Positions 9,057-19,010 of a stretch of DNA of 64,000 nucleotides are shown piece by piece; positions within the stretch are counted from its first letter, which is position 1, and each line of letters starts with the position of its first letter. Position numbers and translations under genes: made by a program. Source of the DNA: Halorutilales archaeon Cl-col2-1. GTDB lineage: Archaea; Halobacteriota; Halobacteria; Halobacteriales; Afararchaeaceae. The notes under the pieces were generated by a model that saw only the letters and a program-made list of their open reading frames with translations, searched no databases and was not told the DNA's origin. The stretch is taken from assembly GCA_041891055.1 (NCBI GenBank), contig CP169074.1, forward strand, positions 960,001 to 1,024,000. Direction: 5' to 3'.

Positions 9057-9635
9057 ATGGGTATGTCGGAGTTCGGACAGGTTCACGTCTACACAGGCAA
9101 CGGAAAGGGCAAGACCACCGCAGCCGTGGGGGCAGGTCTACGTGCGGCAGGTCACGGCTACTCAGTACATATGGTACAGTTCATGAAGGGCGAGTGGTTC
9201 CCTCAGTACGGCGAGGTCAAGTCGCTACAAGACAACGAGAACTTCACCGTAGAGCAGTTCGCGACACAGCATTTCATAGAGCCCGACGACGTCACAGAAC
9301 ACGACAGGGAAACGGTTGAGAAAGCTATGGAGGCGTCGAGACGGGCGGTCGACAGTAACTACGACATCGTTATACTCGACGAGATAAACGTCGCGTCACA
9401 TTTCGGTCTCGTCTCAGAGGACGAGATGCTCGAACTCATAGAGTCGAAGAGTCCCGAGACTGAGCTAATACTCACGGGACGTTACGCACCTGAGTCTGTT
9501 ATACACGAGGCTGACCTCGTTACACGTATGGAGAACGTCAGACATCCCTACGACGGCGACGGTGACGGAGACGGAGACGAAGCTGAGATCGATGACGCTG
9601 AGGGCATGGAAGCGAGGGAGGGAATAGAGTGGTAG
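9057..9635 (+). CDS. cobO: Cob(I)alamin adenosyltransferase (CobO/BtuR/CobA type)
   Basis: VYTGNGKGKTTAA, QFMKG, ILDEI, LTGR, ADLVT motifs. Confidence 0.93.
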   Translation: MGMSEFGQVHVYTGNGKGKTTAAVGAGLRAAGHGYSVHMVQFMKGEWFPQYGEVKSLQDNENFTVEQFATQHFIEPDDVTEHDRETVEKAMEASRRAVDSNYDIVILDEINVASHFGLVSEDEMLELIESKSPETELILTGRYAPESVIHEADLVTRMENVRHPYDGDGDGDGDEAEIDDAEGMEAREGIEW

Positions 9636-9883
9636 ATATCGAGTCAGAGTACACAGAGACAGACGAGTCGAGGCTTCTGGAGTTCGAGAGAGACGGAAGG
9701 TACGTCTCAGTCTCGGTGACTAAGAAGGGCTACGGGATGCTTATTGTCTCCGACGAGAAAGGCGAAGTAGAGCGTTACTACGGCTTCGAGATGGCTCTCG
9801 ACCACGCCGCTGAGATACTGGGGGTCAGTCTGAACGACCTCAAAGAGACTGTCCCCGACGAAGCCCACGACATGGGGATGTAG
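9629..9883 (+). CDS. Conserved haloarchaeal-type hypothetical protein
   Basis: Acidic 84-aa ORF, GTG start overlapping the cobO end, ERYYGFEMALDHAAE. Confidence 0.7.
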   Translation: MVDIESEYTETDESRLLEFERDGRYVSVSVTKKGYGMLIVSDEKGEVERYYGFEMALDHAAEILGVSLNDLKETVPDEAHDMGM

Positions 9884-9889
9884 CTACCC

Positions 9890-10252
9890 CTACTCTATGT
9901 CGGACTCAAGAATCTCGTCACCCTCGACGTTAGGCGCACCGACGGCGAAGACTGTACATCCCTCCTCGGTGGATATACGTCTCCAAGCATCGGGGGAGAC
10001 GGCGACAAAGTCACCCTCCTCGACGTCTATCTCATCGTCGTCCACCTCCATAGTCGCAGAGCCGTCTATGAAGTAGTAGAGCTCCTCCTGTTCGGTGTGC
10101 TTATGAATCCTGTTCGAGTCACCCTCGTCGAAGACCCAGACGCTGGGTCTCATCTCGTCTGTACGTAGCTCGTAGCCGACCGCCTTGAGCGACGGCTCTA
10201 TGTCCTCTACCTGTCTCTCCTCGATGCTGTCTACGGCGACCTTCGAGTACAT
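9890..10252 (-). CDS. Cupin domain protein
   Basis: HKHTEQEELYYFIDG and EGDFVAV cupin motifs; start trimmed to ATG 10252. Confidence 0.85.
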   Translation of the reverse strand: MYSKVAVDSIEERQVEDIEPSLKAVGYELRTDEMRPSVWVFDEGDSNRIHKHTEQEELYYFIDGSATMEVDDDEIDVEEGDFVAVSPDAWRRISTEEGCTVFAVGAPNVEGDEILESDIE

Positions 10253-10363
10253 ACGTACGTCCGAATACGTAGTGAAACATAAAATAGACACGGCTCGCGG
10301 GAGTCGAACGTCTCTATCGCCGGAAGAAGTAAGTGAACTTGGGACACGTATAACTAACATAAC

Positions 10364-10642
10364 ATGAAAAAAGTAAGCGTGGGACAGACTGTCTACGACG
10401 AGGAAGGTGACGAGATAGGCACGGTTAGGGGGCTCGACGAGGACGGTTTCTTCGTGACAACACGTGAGGGGATAGAGTGCCTGAGCGTAGAGCACGAGAG
10501 AAGCGGACACGAGATAGGCGAGGCAGAGCTGATCTGGAGATGTTCGGAGTGTGGCACTGTCGGAGACATAGACGAGATGCCCGACGAGTGTCCCAACTGT
10601 GGAGTCGACAAGACCTACCTATATTACTGGACAGAGGACTGA
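10364..10642 (+). CDS. Small rubredoxin-like (CxxCG/CPxCG) protein
   Basis: WRCSECG...CPNCG...YYWTED. Confidence 0.85.
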   Translation: MKKVSVGQTVYDEEGDEIGTVRGLDEDGFFVTTREGIECLSVEHERSGHEIGEAELIWRCSECGTVGDIDEMPDECPNCGVDKTYLYYWTED

Positions 10643-11349
10643 GAAAGTCTCTCGTCACGCAGGTACTCGATGAGTCGTCTCAGGCTTCCGAGTGAGATAT
10701 CGAAGAGGTACTTACCCTCCTCAGCCGAGGCGTCGCGCGGGTCTCCGACGACTCCGTTCTCGGAGAACTCGTGGGTGTCGTAAGCCACGAACGATCCGCT
10801 CACGAACTCACCCCACGACTCCGCGCCTTCCTCGGCGTCTGAGTCGGAGACGAGTTCGGGTCGGAGGTACTTTACGAGAGAAGTTTCAAGTTCGCCGGCG
10901 TGTCCCATCTCGTAGCCGTCCTCGTCGATCGACCTCCACCAAGTCCACTCTGTCGCGAAGATTACGTCTTCACGTGTGAGTTCCTCACAGACTTCCTGGA
11001 GTGCGTCTATGTTTCCACCGTGTCCGTTGACTACCACCGCCGCATCGAAGCCGTGGCTAGCCGCCGACTCAAGCGTCTCACGGACATACGACCTGAAAGT
11101 GTCGGGTGAGACATAGAGTGTCCCGTCAAACTCGGCGTGTTCCTCCGAGACTCCTATGTTAATAGGCGGGAGACAGACAGTCTCCTCCTCCTCGGCGGCG
11201 CGTCGGGCTAGCTCGGTCGCCACGAGGGCGTCAGTACGTATAGGTGCGTGGGGTCCATGCTGTTCGGTGCTTCCGACTGGGAGGAGAGCCACGTCGAACC
11301 CTGTCTCTCTGTCACGCACGTCTGTCCACGTCAGATCGCCGATCTCCAT
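10624..11349 (-). CDS. Creatininase-family amidohydrolase
   Basis: PVGSTEQHGPH, NGHGGN, HAGELETS, GVVGDP. Confidence 0.93.
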   Translation of the reverse strand: MEIGDLTWTDVRDRETGFDVALLPVGSTEQHGPHAPIRTDALVATELARRAAEEEETVCLPPINIGVSEEHAEFDGTLYVSPDTFRSYVRETLESAASHGFDAAVVVNGHGGNIDALQEVCEELTREDVIFATEWTWWRSIDEDGYEMGHAGELETSLVKYLRPELVSDSDAEEGAESWGEFVSGSFVAYDTHEFSENGVVGDPRDASAEEGKYLFDISLGSLRRLIEYLRDERLSQSSVQ

Positions 11350-11418
11350 AATCGTAACTCGCCCCGGGACGGCTTAAACTCAAGGAAAGAGATTAGTCGT
11401 GGGTCACATAGTGGAAGT

Positions 11419-11973
11419 ATGAGCCACAAGTTCGATCCCGAGAAAGCCGAGAAGCTCGAGGACGAGTCACGTCTCGAACTTGCTCCTGTCGACGATCTCC
11501 TGAGTCTGATGAACGTGAGCGAGGACGACTCCGTCTGTGACGTCGGCTGTGGAACGGGTTTCTTCACGAGACGTGTCGCCGAGAAGGTCGACGAAGTCTA
11601 CGGAGTCGACGTCGAGAGGAAGATGTTGGAGTACTACGCCGACAACGGCGTGGGGGACAACGTGAGTCTGATCGAGTCGGAGGTCGGGAGACTCGCTCTG
11701 AAGGACGACAGCCTCGACGCCCTCTTCTCAATCACAGTCCTCCACGAGTTCTACGCCGAGAAGGCTTTCGACGAGATAGCAAGGACTCTGAGGGATGGAG
11801 GTACGGCTGTTATAATCGACTTCAAGAAGACGAGAGAAGACGGCGGACCACCGTACGACCACCGGATTTCGGTCGACGAAGCCGCCGAGGCTTTCGAAAA
11901 AGTAGGAGAGTTCGACGAGGTCGAGTCAGGAGAGATGGGTGACAGAACCTACTACGTTAAGGCGACTAAGTAA
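11419..11973 (+). CDS. Class I SAM-dependent methyltransferase
   Basis: DVGCGTGFF motif I; GPP motif; start ATG 11419. Confidence 0.9.
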   Translation: MSHKFDPEKAEKLEDESRLELAPVDDLLSLMNVSEDDSVCDVGCGTGFFTRRVAEKVDEVYGVDVERKMLEYYADNGVGDNVSLIESEVGRLALKDDSLDALFSITVLHEFYAEKAFDEIARTLRDGGTAVIIDFKKTREDGGPPYDHRISVDEAAEAFEKVGEFDEVESGEMGDRTYYVKATK

Positions 11974-12211
11974 GGCGATCACTCAGGTCGTCGGTGTCGA
12001 CTTCGAGTCTGTATCTGACGACACCGTCGACCATCACGACGGGAAGTTCGTCTCCGTACATCTCCTCCAAGCCGGGGGAAGAATCGACGTTCTCCGTCTC
12101 GATATCTACATCGGCTCCTGTCTCGTCTACGACTGACTCGACAGCCTCTACTGCTTTTTCACACAACGGGCACTTGGGTCTCACAAGTATCCTTACTGTT
12201 TTTACTGACAT
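11966..12211 (-). CDS. Glutaredoxin-like protein (DUF836 type)
   Basis: RPKCPLCEKA, LPVVMVDG; start ATG 12211. Confidence 0.85.
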   Translation of the reverse strand: MSVKTVRILVRPKCPLCEKAVEAVESVVDETGADVDIETENVDSSPGLEEMYGDELPVVMVDGVVRYRLEVDTDDLSDRLT

Positions 12212-12267
12212 CACATTAACAACTATTAACAAAACATATATTAATAATGAGACAGTAGGTGGTGGTA

Positions 12268-12627
12268 ATGTTAGGTTCGCTCGAAAAGCAGATTGTCGCG
12301 GTTCTTGAGGACGAGGAGACTGCCACGATAAGTGAGGTCTCCGACGCCTTAGACGAGAGAGACGTTGACATAGCCTACACGACCGTGAGCACGGTTCTCG
12401 ACCGTCTCCACGACAAGGAACTCGTCGACAGGAAGAAGGAGCCGTACAGAGGAGGATCACGTTACGTCTACGAGTACGTCGACATACAGGACGAGTACAT
12501 GAACAGCGTCGTCGACGATGTCGTCACAGTCTTCGGAGAGAACGGCGTCGCGAGCCTTGCCGACAGTCTCGGAGAGTTCGAGGACGAGGATCTCTCGGAG
12601 ATCAAGGACGAGCTGGGACTCGAATAG
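12268..12627 (+). CDS. BlaI/MecI/CopY-family transcriptional regulator
   Basis: LGSLE, IAYTTVSTVLDRLHDKELV. Confidence 0.88.
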   Translation: MLGSLEKQIVAVLEDEETATISEVSDALDERDVDIAYTTVSTVLDRLHDKELVDRKKEPYRGGSRYVYEYVDIQDEYMNSVVDDVVTVFGENGVASLADSLGEFEDEDLSEIKDELGLE

Positions 12628-12649
12628 AGTAGAAGAACTACTGTTTCTT

Positions 12650-13120
12650 TTAGAGTCCGGACTCGCCTTCGAGGTCTTCCTCAGAGAGTGTCTTGACATC
12701 TATCTTGAACTCGAACTCGTCTGGGAATCCGAGTACGTCGGAGTAGATCCTCTCGACGACGTCGGCCGCCTCCTCGGGATTCCGAACTTCCGCAACGTGG
12801 TCAGTGTATCCCATCGCACCTGTCTCCTCGTCGAAGTCAAATCCGTCGAGTTCGAGTATACGTCTACGTATCCTCTGCGCGCCGTTCTCTACGGGGACAG
12901 TCAGGTCGATTCTTCCTCCGAATGCGGAGAACTGGACGGCTAGCTCCCAGTCGTCGTGTGCGGCGTAGAAAGCCGCGAAGCTCCCGTCCTCGCCGCGTGA
13001 GACCGACTCGACGGCATCGATCACGAGTTCCTCTCTCTCCGACGGTGTCGACGACTCGACCACCTCGTCCCAGTAAGCCGAGTCATCGGTGTCATCCATC
13101 TCCCTGTCTCTGTGGCTCAT
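12650..13120 (-). CDS. Acidic hypothetical protein
   Basis: Host-like acidic composition from ATG 13120. Confidence 0.65.
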   Translation of the reverse strand: MSHRDREMDDTDDSAYWDEVVESSTPSEREELVIDAVESVSRGEDGSFAAFYAAHDDWELAVQFSAFGGRIDLTVPVENGAQRIRRRILELDGFDFDEETGAMGYTDHVAEVRNPEEAADVVERIYSDVLGFPDEFEFKIDVKTLSEEDLEGESGL

Positions 13121-13206
13121 GCTTACTCTGTGAAAGGAAGGTACGCCACGAGGATAGGTCTTCCTGTCCAGCATAGTATAAGTAGTAGAAACACTAAGCG
13201 TGTTAT

Positions 13207-13500
13207 ATGTTAGCGATAGCTCTGGGCGGAGCGGCTCTGGCTCTCGTCGCCATAGCCGGGACTTACACTTACAGGAAGCTCTCGACCGAGGTCGTGACGT
13301 GTGAGGGCTGTGGAACCGACATAGTCGATCCCGACAAGACAACCATCTGTACAGTCTGTGACACTCCACTCTTCGAGGAGGGCGAAGACTACATGCAGTA
13401 CGGCGCAGAGAAGTCGTCGGATTCGGGAGCTGAGACGAACACGACGAATACCGAGAGAGGTACAGGTACAGGTACAGAGACCGAGAGGATAGAGCTATGA
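13207..13500 (+). CDS. Membrane-anchored zinc-ribbon protein
   Basis: N-terminal TM, CEGCG...CTVC. Confidence 0.7.
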   Translation: MLAIALGGAALALVAIAGTYTYRKLSTEVVTCEGCGTDIVDPDKTTICTVCDTPLFEEGEDYMQYGAEKSSDSGAETNTTNTERGTGTGTETERIEL

Positions 13501-13781
13501 ACAAGCTACTCAAGGCGGGCGAGACCGAGTGGTACCTTCCGATACACGCCTACATAGTTGTCTATGAGACAGAGAGCGGCGAGGAGCTTCTGACTATCTA
13601 CGAGAACGGCTCGGTACAGAAGCCGCCGAAGGCACAGGTCACGGGCAACCTTGTACGTATAAAGCCCGAGAACGAGGTCGAGAGAACCCAGACGGGATAC
13701 ATAGTACGTATGAGAGAGAGGTCAGTTCTCAGAAAACAGGACGACGACCACTGGATAATACTCCCGTACGACCCTAGTTAG
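13497..13781 (+). CDS. Hypothetical protein
   Basis: ATGA-coupled to the upstream gene. Confidence 0.65.
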   Translation: MNKLLKAGETEWYLPIHAYIVVYETESGEELLTIYENGSVQKPPKAQVTGNLVRIKPENEVERTQTGYIVRMRERSVLRKQDDDHWIILPYDPS

Positions 13782-14209
13782 TTAGCGTCTCTGAACTCTA
13801 TCTCGTCTTCCGACTTCCCGGCTTCGTCCATGACCTCCTCCGAGACCTCTATGTCACACTCAGTACGTACGGCAAGTGAGACGGCGTCGCTCGGACGCGC
13901 GTCGAAGACGAACTTCTCCCTCTCGCCCTCGGAGTACCTCTCTATATGTATCTTGGCGTAGAAGGTGCCGTCCATGAGGTCGTCGATTATTATTCTGTCG
14001 AGTGCTCCCCCCATCTCGTTTACCATCGTTAGGAGAAGGTCGTGTGTCAGGGGTCTCTCGAAGGGCTCGTCGTCGAGCGCGATCTGTGTCGAGCGCGCCT
14101 GGTCGCCCGTGACCATAACGGGGAGATAACGCCCGCCGGCTTCGAGTACTATCGCATACGTCTGGTCGCCCGCGAGCCCTATCCCTTTAACATTCGCGGT
14201 GAGATCCAT
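13778..14209 (-). CDS. Bifunctional nuclease (DUF151/BFN) family protein
   Basis: RPLTHDLL, GTFYA, DARPSDAVSLAVR. Confidence 0.93.
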   Translation of the reverse strand: MDLTANVKGIGLAGDQTYAIVLEAGGRYLPVMVTGDQARSTQIALDDEPFERPLTHDLLLTMVNEMGGALDRIIIDDLMDGTFYAKIHIERYSEGEREKFVFDARPSDAVSLAVRTECDIEVSEEVMDEAGKSEDEIEFRDAN

Positions 14210-14234
14210 GAGAATAGTTGTCGTTCTATCTACT

Positions 14235-15365
14235 TTAGATTTGGGAGGGGACGAGGGAGTCGTATATCTCCGCGAGGTCGTTGAGTGTCGATCCGACGTC
14301 TATTTCGTCACGCATTCGGAGGGAGTTCTCGGAAAGACTGTCACGTCTGTCAAAGGTCTCACGTATCCGGTCGACAAAGGCGTCTACGTCTCCCGGGGAG
14401 TAACGCAGTCCGTTCCTACCCTCATCTATGCTGTTTCTGAGACCTCCGGCGTCGGCTCCTACGACGGGAGTTCCACACGCAGTGGCTTCGAGTGCTACGA
14501 TACCCTGTGTCTCGACGTCGCTCGGGAAGACGAAGACGTCGAGCGAAGAGTAGAAGTCGGGGAGTCTATCACGTTCGAGGAAGCCGGGGAAGTAGACGTT
14601 GTCTATGTCTCGGGAGTCGGCGTACTCGATCAGAGAGTCACGCGCGGGCCCGTCACCCACAAGGACGAAGTCTATCTCGGGGAGACGGTCGGCGGCGTCT
14701 ACTGCGTCACGTAGGTTCTTCTCGTAGCCGTGTCTCCCGCAGTATCCCGCGACAGGCGGCTCGGCTCCTATCTCTGAGAGGAGGTTCGACTCAACTGGTC
14801 GGAAGAATTCGGTGTCGACTCCGTTACTCAGGACACGTATCTTGTCGTCGTCAACGCCCTTCGACGCGAGTTCGTCGCCGGCTTCGTCGGAGGGGACTAT
14901 GACGATGTCAGTCTGTGAGAGGTACCTGCGTTCCCAGACCTGACTAACTTTCTGAAGACGTCTGGCTACGGCGTCGTTCGAGGTGAGGTACTCTATGTAC
15001 TTCGGAATCGGGGTGTGGTAGCTCGCGACGAGAGGCAGGTCGGAGTAACGCGCGAGTCCCGCGCCCGCTATACCCATCGAGAAGGGCGAGTGTACGTGAA
15101 CCAAGTCGGCTTGGCGTGACTCAGAGGGGAGAGTGGGTCCGGGTACGCCTATACGGTAGCCCTCGTAGAAAGGGAAGTCGAAGCTACGAACCGGAATCTC
15201 GTCGTCGTCGGGGTCGTAGTCGTCGCTCCCGGGATACGTGACCGTCATACGTCCGGGGTACGTCTGAGACGAGTTCCATCTCTGTTTCCAGAGCTGTATG
15301 CTGTATGTGACGCCGTTGACAGTGGGTAGGTAGGTGTCGGTGAAGGTGGATATACGCGGAGACAT
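14235..15365 (-). CDS. GT4 glycosyltransferase
   Basis: FTDTYLPTVNGV, HVHSPF, ETQGIVALEA; start ATG 15365. Confidence 0.92.
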   Translation of the reverse strand: MSPRISTFTDTYLPTVNGVTYSIQLWKQRWNSSQTYPGRMTVTYPGSDDYDPDDDEIPVRSFDFPFYEGYRIGVPGPTLPSESRQADLVHVHSPFSMGIAGAGLARYSDLPLVASYHTPIPKYIEYLTSNDAVARRLQKVSQVWERRYLSQTDIVIVPSDEAGDELASKGVDDDKIRVLSNGVDTEFFRPVESNLLSEIGAEPPVAGYCGRHGYEKNLRDAVDAADRLPEIDFVLVGDGPARDSLIEYADSRDIDNVYFPGFLERDRLPDFYSSLDVFVFPSDVETQGIVALEATACGTPVVGADAGGLRNSIDEGRNGLRYSPGDVDAFVDRIRETFDRRDSLSENSLRMRDEIDVGSTLNDLAEIYDSLVPSQI

Positions 15366-15477
15366 TCGACTGTGTCGGCTTAGGCACGAGGCTACGAAAA
15401 AACTACCTACTGCCGAGACGAGACGAGCCGAACCGAAGGTCGCAAGACTCAAGTCCTGAGGAGACGTCTCTTGAGAC

Positions 15478-15846
15478 ATGAAATGGCAAGGACGTTCGAA
15501 ACGTAAGAAGACAGGTGGGCGTAGAAGACATCCGAGGAAAAAGAGAAAGCACGAACTCGGCAGCGAGCCGACGGAGACCCAGGTCGGAGACGCCGACTAC
15601 AAGACAGTCGTCGTCAAGGGAGGAGACAAGAAGACACGTGTTCTCCAGACTGACGAGGCGAACTACATAGACGGGGGCGAGACTTCACGCGTCGAGATAC
15701 AGGACGTCGTCGAGAACGAGGCGAACCCCAACTACCCGAGACGTAACATAATCACTAAGGGTGCTGTGATAGAGACTTCGGAGGGGAAAGCCAAGGTCGT
15801 CTCGCGCCCCGGACAGGACGGCGTGATAAACGCCGTAGCTGTCTAA
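15478..15846 (+). CDS. rps8e: 30S ribosomal protein S8e
   Basis: RSKRKKTGGR, RRNIITKGAVIET, SRPGQDGVINAV. Confidence 0.97.
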   Translation: MKWQGRSKRKKTGGRRRHPRKKRKHELGSEPTETQVGDADYKTVVVKGGDKKTRVLQTDEANYIDGGETSRVEIQDVVENEANPNYPRRNIITKGAVIETSEGKAKVVSRPGQDGVINAVAV

Positions 15847-15867
15847 ATTTAGTAGTAAAAAAGAAGT

Positions 15868-16266
15868 CTACTCTTCTTCTTCTGTCTCTTCGTCCTCGGA
15901 CTCCTCAAGACCGAGGAGTGACTCGACCGACTCGTCGCCTTCCTCGACTATCTTAGTGTTGAGCTGTGCGGTCGCGTCGCCTATCTCTCCGCCTCTGACG
16001 GTGACACGTTTTCTCTCGCCTTCCTTCGAGGGGTTGAATCCGGTGCCTCCCGAGACGAGTACCTCGGTAATTTCACGTCCCTCTACGTCTCCACGGAGGG
16101 GTCTTCCGGTGTCGTCGCTTCCTCCGGTTATCTCGATCTCGTAGCCGTCGAGTCCGACGAGAGATCCTTCTACTGTCTCTCCCACCGACGAGCCGACGAA
16201 GTCGTCGACATCGGCTTCGAGTTGGTACGAAGTCCCGGTTTCAGTATCTGAGACTATGACCTGCAT
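15868..16266 (-). CDS. rps6e: 30S ribosomal protein S6e
   Basis: EITGGSDDTGRP, GERKRVTVRG. Confidence 0.96.
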   Translation of the reverse strand: MQVIVSDTETGTSYQLEADVDDFVGSSVGETVEGSLVGLDGYEIEITGGSDDTGRPLRGDVEGREITEVLVSGGTGFNPSKEGERKRVTVRGGEIGDATAQLNTKIVEEGDESVESLLGLEESEDEETEEEE

Positions 16267-16347
16267 ATCCGTCAAGACGTGTGCTCTCTTAATAAGGATA
16301 GTGATAGGTCGATACTCCTAAGCTATGTAAGGACGTACCCAGGCATA

Positions 16348-16779
16348 ATGCAAACCGAACACGTAGACGACAGCCGAAGTACGGCGTCCGAGGTGGGTGC
16401 GAGATGTGACCTCTACGACGCCTCGGAGTCGGTCGACATAGAAGGGCTGTACAAGTACGTCTTCGACCTGCCGAGACAGAGCATAGACGTCTGTGTGTAT
16501 CTGTCTCAGACAGACGGGGCTACTGTCGACGAGATTGCCGACCATCTCGGGGCGAGCAAGAGCACGGCGAACCGTGTCGTGAGGGAGCTAGTCGAGAAAG
16601 GCGTCGTCGAGAGACGTCCCGTCAACTTAGACGAGGGTGGTGTCGTGAACCTGTACTACCACCAGGACGTCTGTGACGTGAAGGACTGTCTCGTGAGCGA
16701 ACTCGAATCGTGGTACAGGGAGGCGAGAGAGGTCATAGAGGAAGTCTCAGAGGAGAAGGCGGCGGAGGTAAGGGAGTAA
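16348..16779 (+). CDS. TrmB-like winged-HTH regulator
   Basis: TVDEIADHLGASKSTANRVVRELVEKGVVER...GG. Confidence 0.82.
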   Translation: MQTEHVDDSRSTASEVGARCDLYDASESVDIEGLYKYVFDLPRQSIDVCVYLSQTDGATVDEIADHLGASKSTANRVVRELVEKGVVERRPVNLDEGGVVNLYYHQDVCDVKDCLVSELESWYREAREVIEEVSEEKAAEVRE

Positions 16780-16861
16780 ACCCACGGATAACCCAATCCA
16801 TACTCTGTCCGAGACTTATAGGACAATACAACTAAATTTACCTCACAAAGAACAAAGGTAT

Positions 16862-17224
16862 CTAAATTCCCATCTCTGCGTTTTCTTCTGACAGATACCT
16901 TATAGTCTCAGAGATGGTCTTGTCTGTGAACTCCTCGGTGACCCGACCCTGAGGATTCACGATACTACTGTGCTTGATGGTTGCGATGACCCAAGGAGAA
17001 CAGTAAGACGTCTTGTCAGGATTTTTACCTTCTATCCAGTCAGTGCCTATTTCGAAGTTGTGTGGTAGGTCAGTCGTTGTGAGGGCTGCATAGATGTACT
17101 CTTCGTTAGGATATGGTAGAGTGTCAGACGCGAGAAGTAGCCACAGTCTCGGGTTCGATCCATCCCGGAAAGGGTCGGGAGCCCAGAATACGTCGCCTCG
17201 CTCGTATCTGTGACTGTCACTCAT
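16862..17224 (-). CDS. PemK/MazF-like toxin (divergent)
   Basis: YERGDVFWAPDPF...NPR...LTT; coupled to the upstream HTH gene. Confidence 0.7.
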   Translation of the reverse strand: MSDSHRYERGDVFWAPDPFRDGSNPRLWLLLASDTLPYPNEEYIYAALTTTDLPHNFEIGTDWIEGKNPDKTSYCSPWVIATIKHSSIVNPQGRVTEEFTDKTISETIRYLSEENAEMGI

Positions 17225-17592
17225 CTCTCCTCAGACTGTTTTTGACGAGGATCGACGGCGTGTTCCTGCCAGTCCTCGTAGTCGAAAGTGTCGTCCTCAT
17301 GGCTATCTGCTACTTGGCTAGACTGTCTGACAGCTGCATCAAGGCTCTGGACGTGGTCACTGACCCGCCAGTACTTGGATCTGTGTTCGACACGTCCTTT
17401 CTCACGAAGACGGACGAGTGTCGGTCCTACAGATCCACTCTTGACATCAGTCGCTTCAGCTATCTCGGACTGCGTGAATGCTTTGTCAGGGTTCTGTCTC
17501 AGGAACGACAGGATTCTGCCCGCGTTAGTCTCAGGATTGGGAAGACTCGGGTTCTCGTCTAGTCTCTCAAACCTCTCGGCTTCTATGGGCAT
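17221..17592 (-). CDS. HTH (MarR-like) putative antitoxin
   Basis: AFTQSEIAEATDVKSGSVGPTLVRLREKG; ATGA overlap with the toxin gene. Confidence 0.75.
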   Translation of the reverse strand: MPIEAERFERLDENPSLPNPETNAGRILSFLRQNPDKAFTQSEIAEATDVKSGSVGPTLVRLREKGRVEHRSKYWRVSDHVQSLDAAVRQSSQVADSHEDDTFDYEDWQEHAVDPRQKQSEER

Positions 17593-17661
17593 ACTGTATT
17601 CTATGTATCGTACTGTAGTAAACAACCTCGGGCGCGGTGGCCCGAGGCTTTTGTAGTTCCC

Positions 17662-18966
17662 TCAGCCGTGCGCTAGCACTCCCTGTTCCGCGAGGGAACG
17701 GGATGAGGTTGGGCGGCTTACGCGCCCCGACCCGGACAGACGCACCAACCGTACTTGGGGCTGGGTTTTGTGAGTCCGGTAATTCGATTCGGTACCGTCG
17801 AGTTTTGCCTTCTCGCGCCACGCGATGTTCACTGACGCGTTCCGGTCGGCGTGGTCTTGCACTACGTCACACTCGTTGTTCGGACACCGGAACCGCCGAC
17901 CCTGCCGATACCCACGCTCGCCACAACACGAACACGTCTGCGAGTTGTGGTAGCCATCCACCGTATCCGTGGGAATCTCTCGCCACGTCGCCTTGTACGA
18001 GACGAATATCTCGAACTTGTGGAACGGGAGTTTGTGCAATCGGCGGTTCATATACGTCCCGTACTGTATTTCCTCGCGGATACCGCTCATATCCTCGAAA
18101 ACAATAACCGGGTTCGAGAACTGCTCTGCGAACTCCACGACAGCACGAGACAAGCGGTGTAACACCCACTCGGTGAATCGTTCTTCCTTGTCACCGATTT
18201 TCCGGTGGATGCTCGTCTTGCCGTGTTCCTGACAGCGTTTCGTGATCGTGTGGTAGCGTTGGCGTTCCTGCTTCACTCGTCCGTAGTCGAGGACGAGCGT
18301 GCCCTTCGTCCGCATCGTCTCACGGTCGAGGGCGGTGAGAGCGACGTTACGCTCGTTGATATCCACGCCGACGAGCGTGTCGCTGGTGTCGGGGTCGGGC
18401 ACGTCGAACTCGCGTGTGACCGTGACGTGTAGGTAGTACACGCCATCGCGGTACAAGAGTTCAGCCTGTCCCACATCCACCTCCTCCGACGCGATGGCCT
18501 CTCGAAGTTCGTTCATCGCGTCCGGTTCGCCGCGCAGGTGGCCCTTCACCTTCTTGTAGGGTTTCGGACTGATGCGGAACTGGACGCGATTCGTGTTGTC
18601 GTCCACGGTGAGGCGATAGCCTTCCGTGTGCGCCATCACGAGCGGGTACGCACCAGATTTATCCGTACTCGGCGGCGTCGGCTTGCCGTCATCAGGGTCA
18701 TCTCGTTCGCGCCACCAGTCAAGGAGTGACTGGTAGGAGTCCCACGTTTGGAGGGCTTTGCCGACGACCGCACACTTGTTGTTCCGCAAGAATTCGTCGC
18801 GGTCAACCTCCTGCTGTATCTCGGTGCGCGTGTATCCCTGCTGTTTGAGGCGGATGGTGTCGTTGAAGATCTCGCGTGACGCGAGGCGGGCGTCGTGAAG
18901 CCACGACCGCTCACCAGACGCTATGTGAAGACGCGTCTGAATCGTCTTCGTGGCTTCCTCACCCAT
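17662..18966 (-). CDS. tnpB: TnpB RNA-guided endonuclease
   Basis: RuvC D (GVDIN), E (VFED), D (ADRNA); Zn finger CSCCG/CPNNEC; start ATG 18966. Confidence 0.95.
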   Translation of the reverse strand: MGEEATKTIQTRLHIASGERSWLHDARLASREIFNDTIRLKQQGYTRTEIQQEVDRDEFLRNNKCAVVGKALQTWDSYQSLLDWWRERDDPDDGKPTPPSTDKSGAYPLVMAHTEGYRLTVDDNTNRVQFRISPKPYKKVKGHLRGEPDAMNELREAIASEEVDVGQAELLYRDGVYYLHVTVTREFDVPDPDTSDTLVGVDINERNVALTALDRETMRTKGTLVLDYGRVKQERQRYHTITKRCQEHGKTSIHRKIGDKEERFTEWVLHRLSRAVVEFAEQFSNPVIVFEDMSGIREEIQYGTYMNRRLHKLPFHKFEIFVSYKATWREIPTDTVDGYHNSQTCSCCGERGYRQGRRFRCPNNECDVVQDHADRNASVNIAWREKAKLDGTESNYRTHKTQPQVRLVRLSGSGRVSRPTSSRSLAEQGVLAHG

Positions 18967-19010
18967 ATGTTGACAATCGTTCCATATTGTCATAAATGTA
19001 GGGATTAAGG

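Noticed and set aside
9552-9578. Hexamer microsatellites encoding (DG)n; also (TG)n near 13459 and (DR)n near 41180
   Set aside because: Short in-frame slippage in low-complexity tails or loops; no evidence of phase variation
15366-15870. Possible SRP RNA or other ncRNA beside rps8e
   Set aside because: Intergenic gaps are too short and no conserved motif is seen; no tRNA or rRNA recognised anywhere in the window
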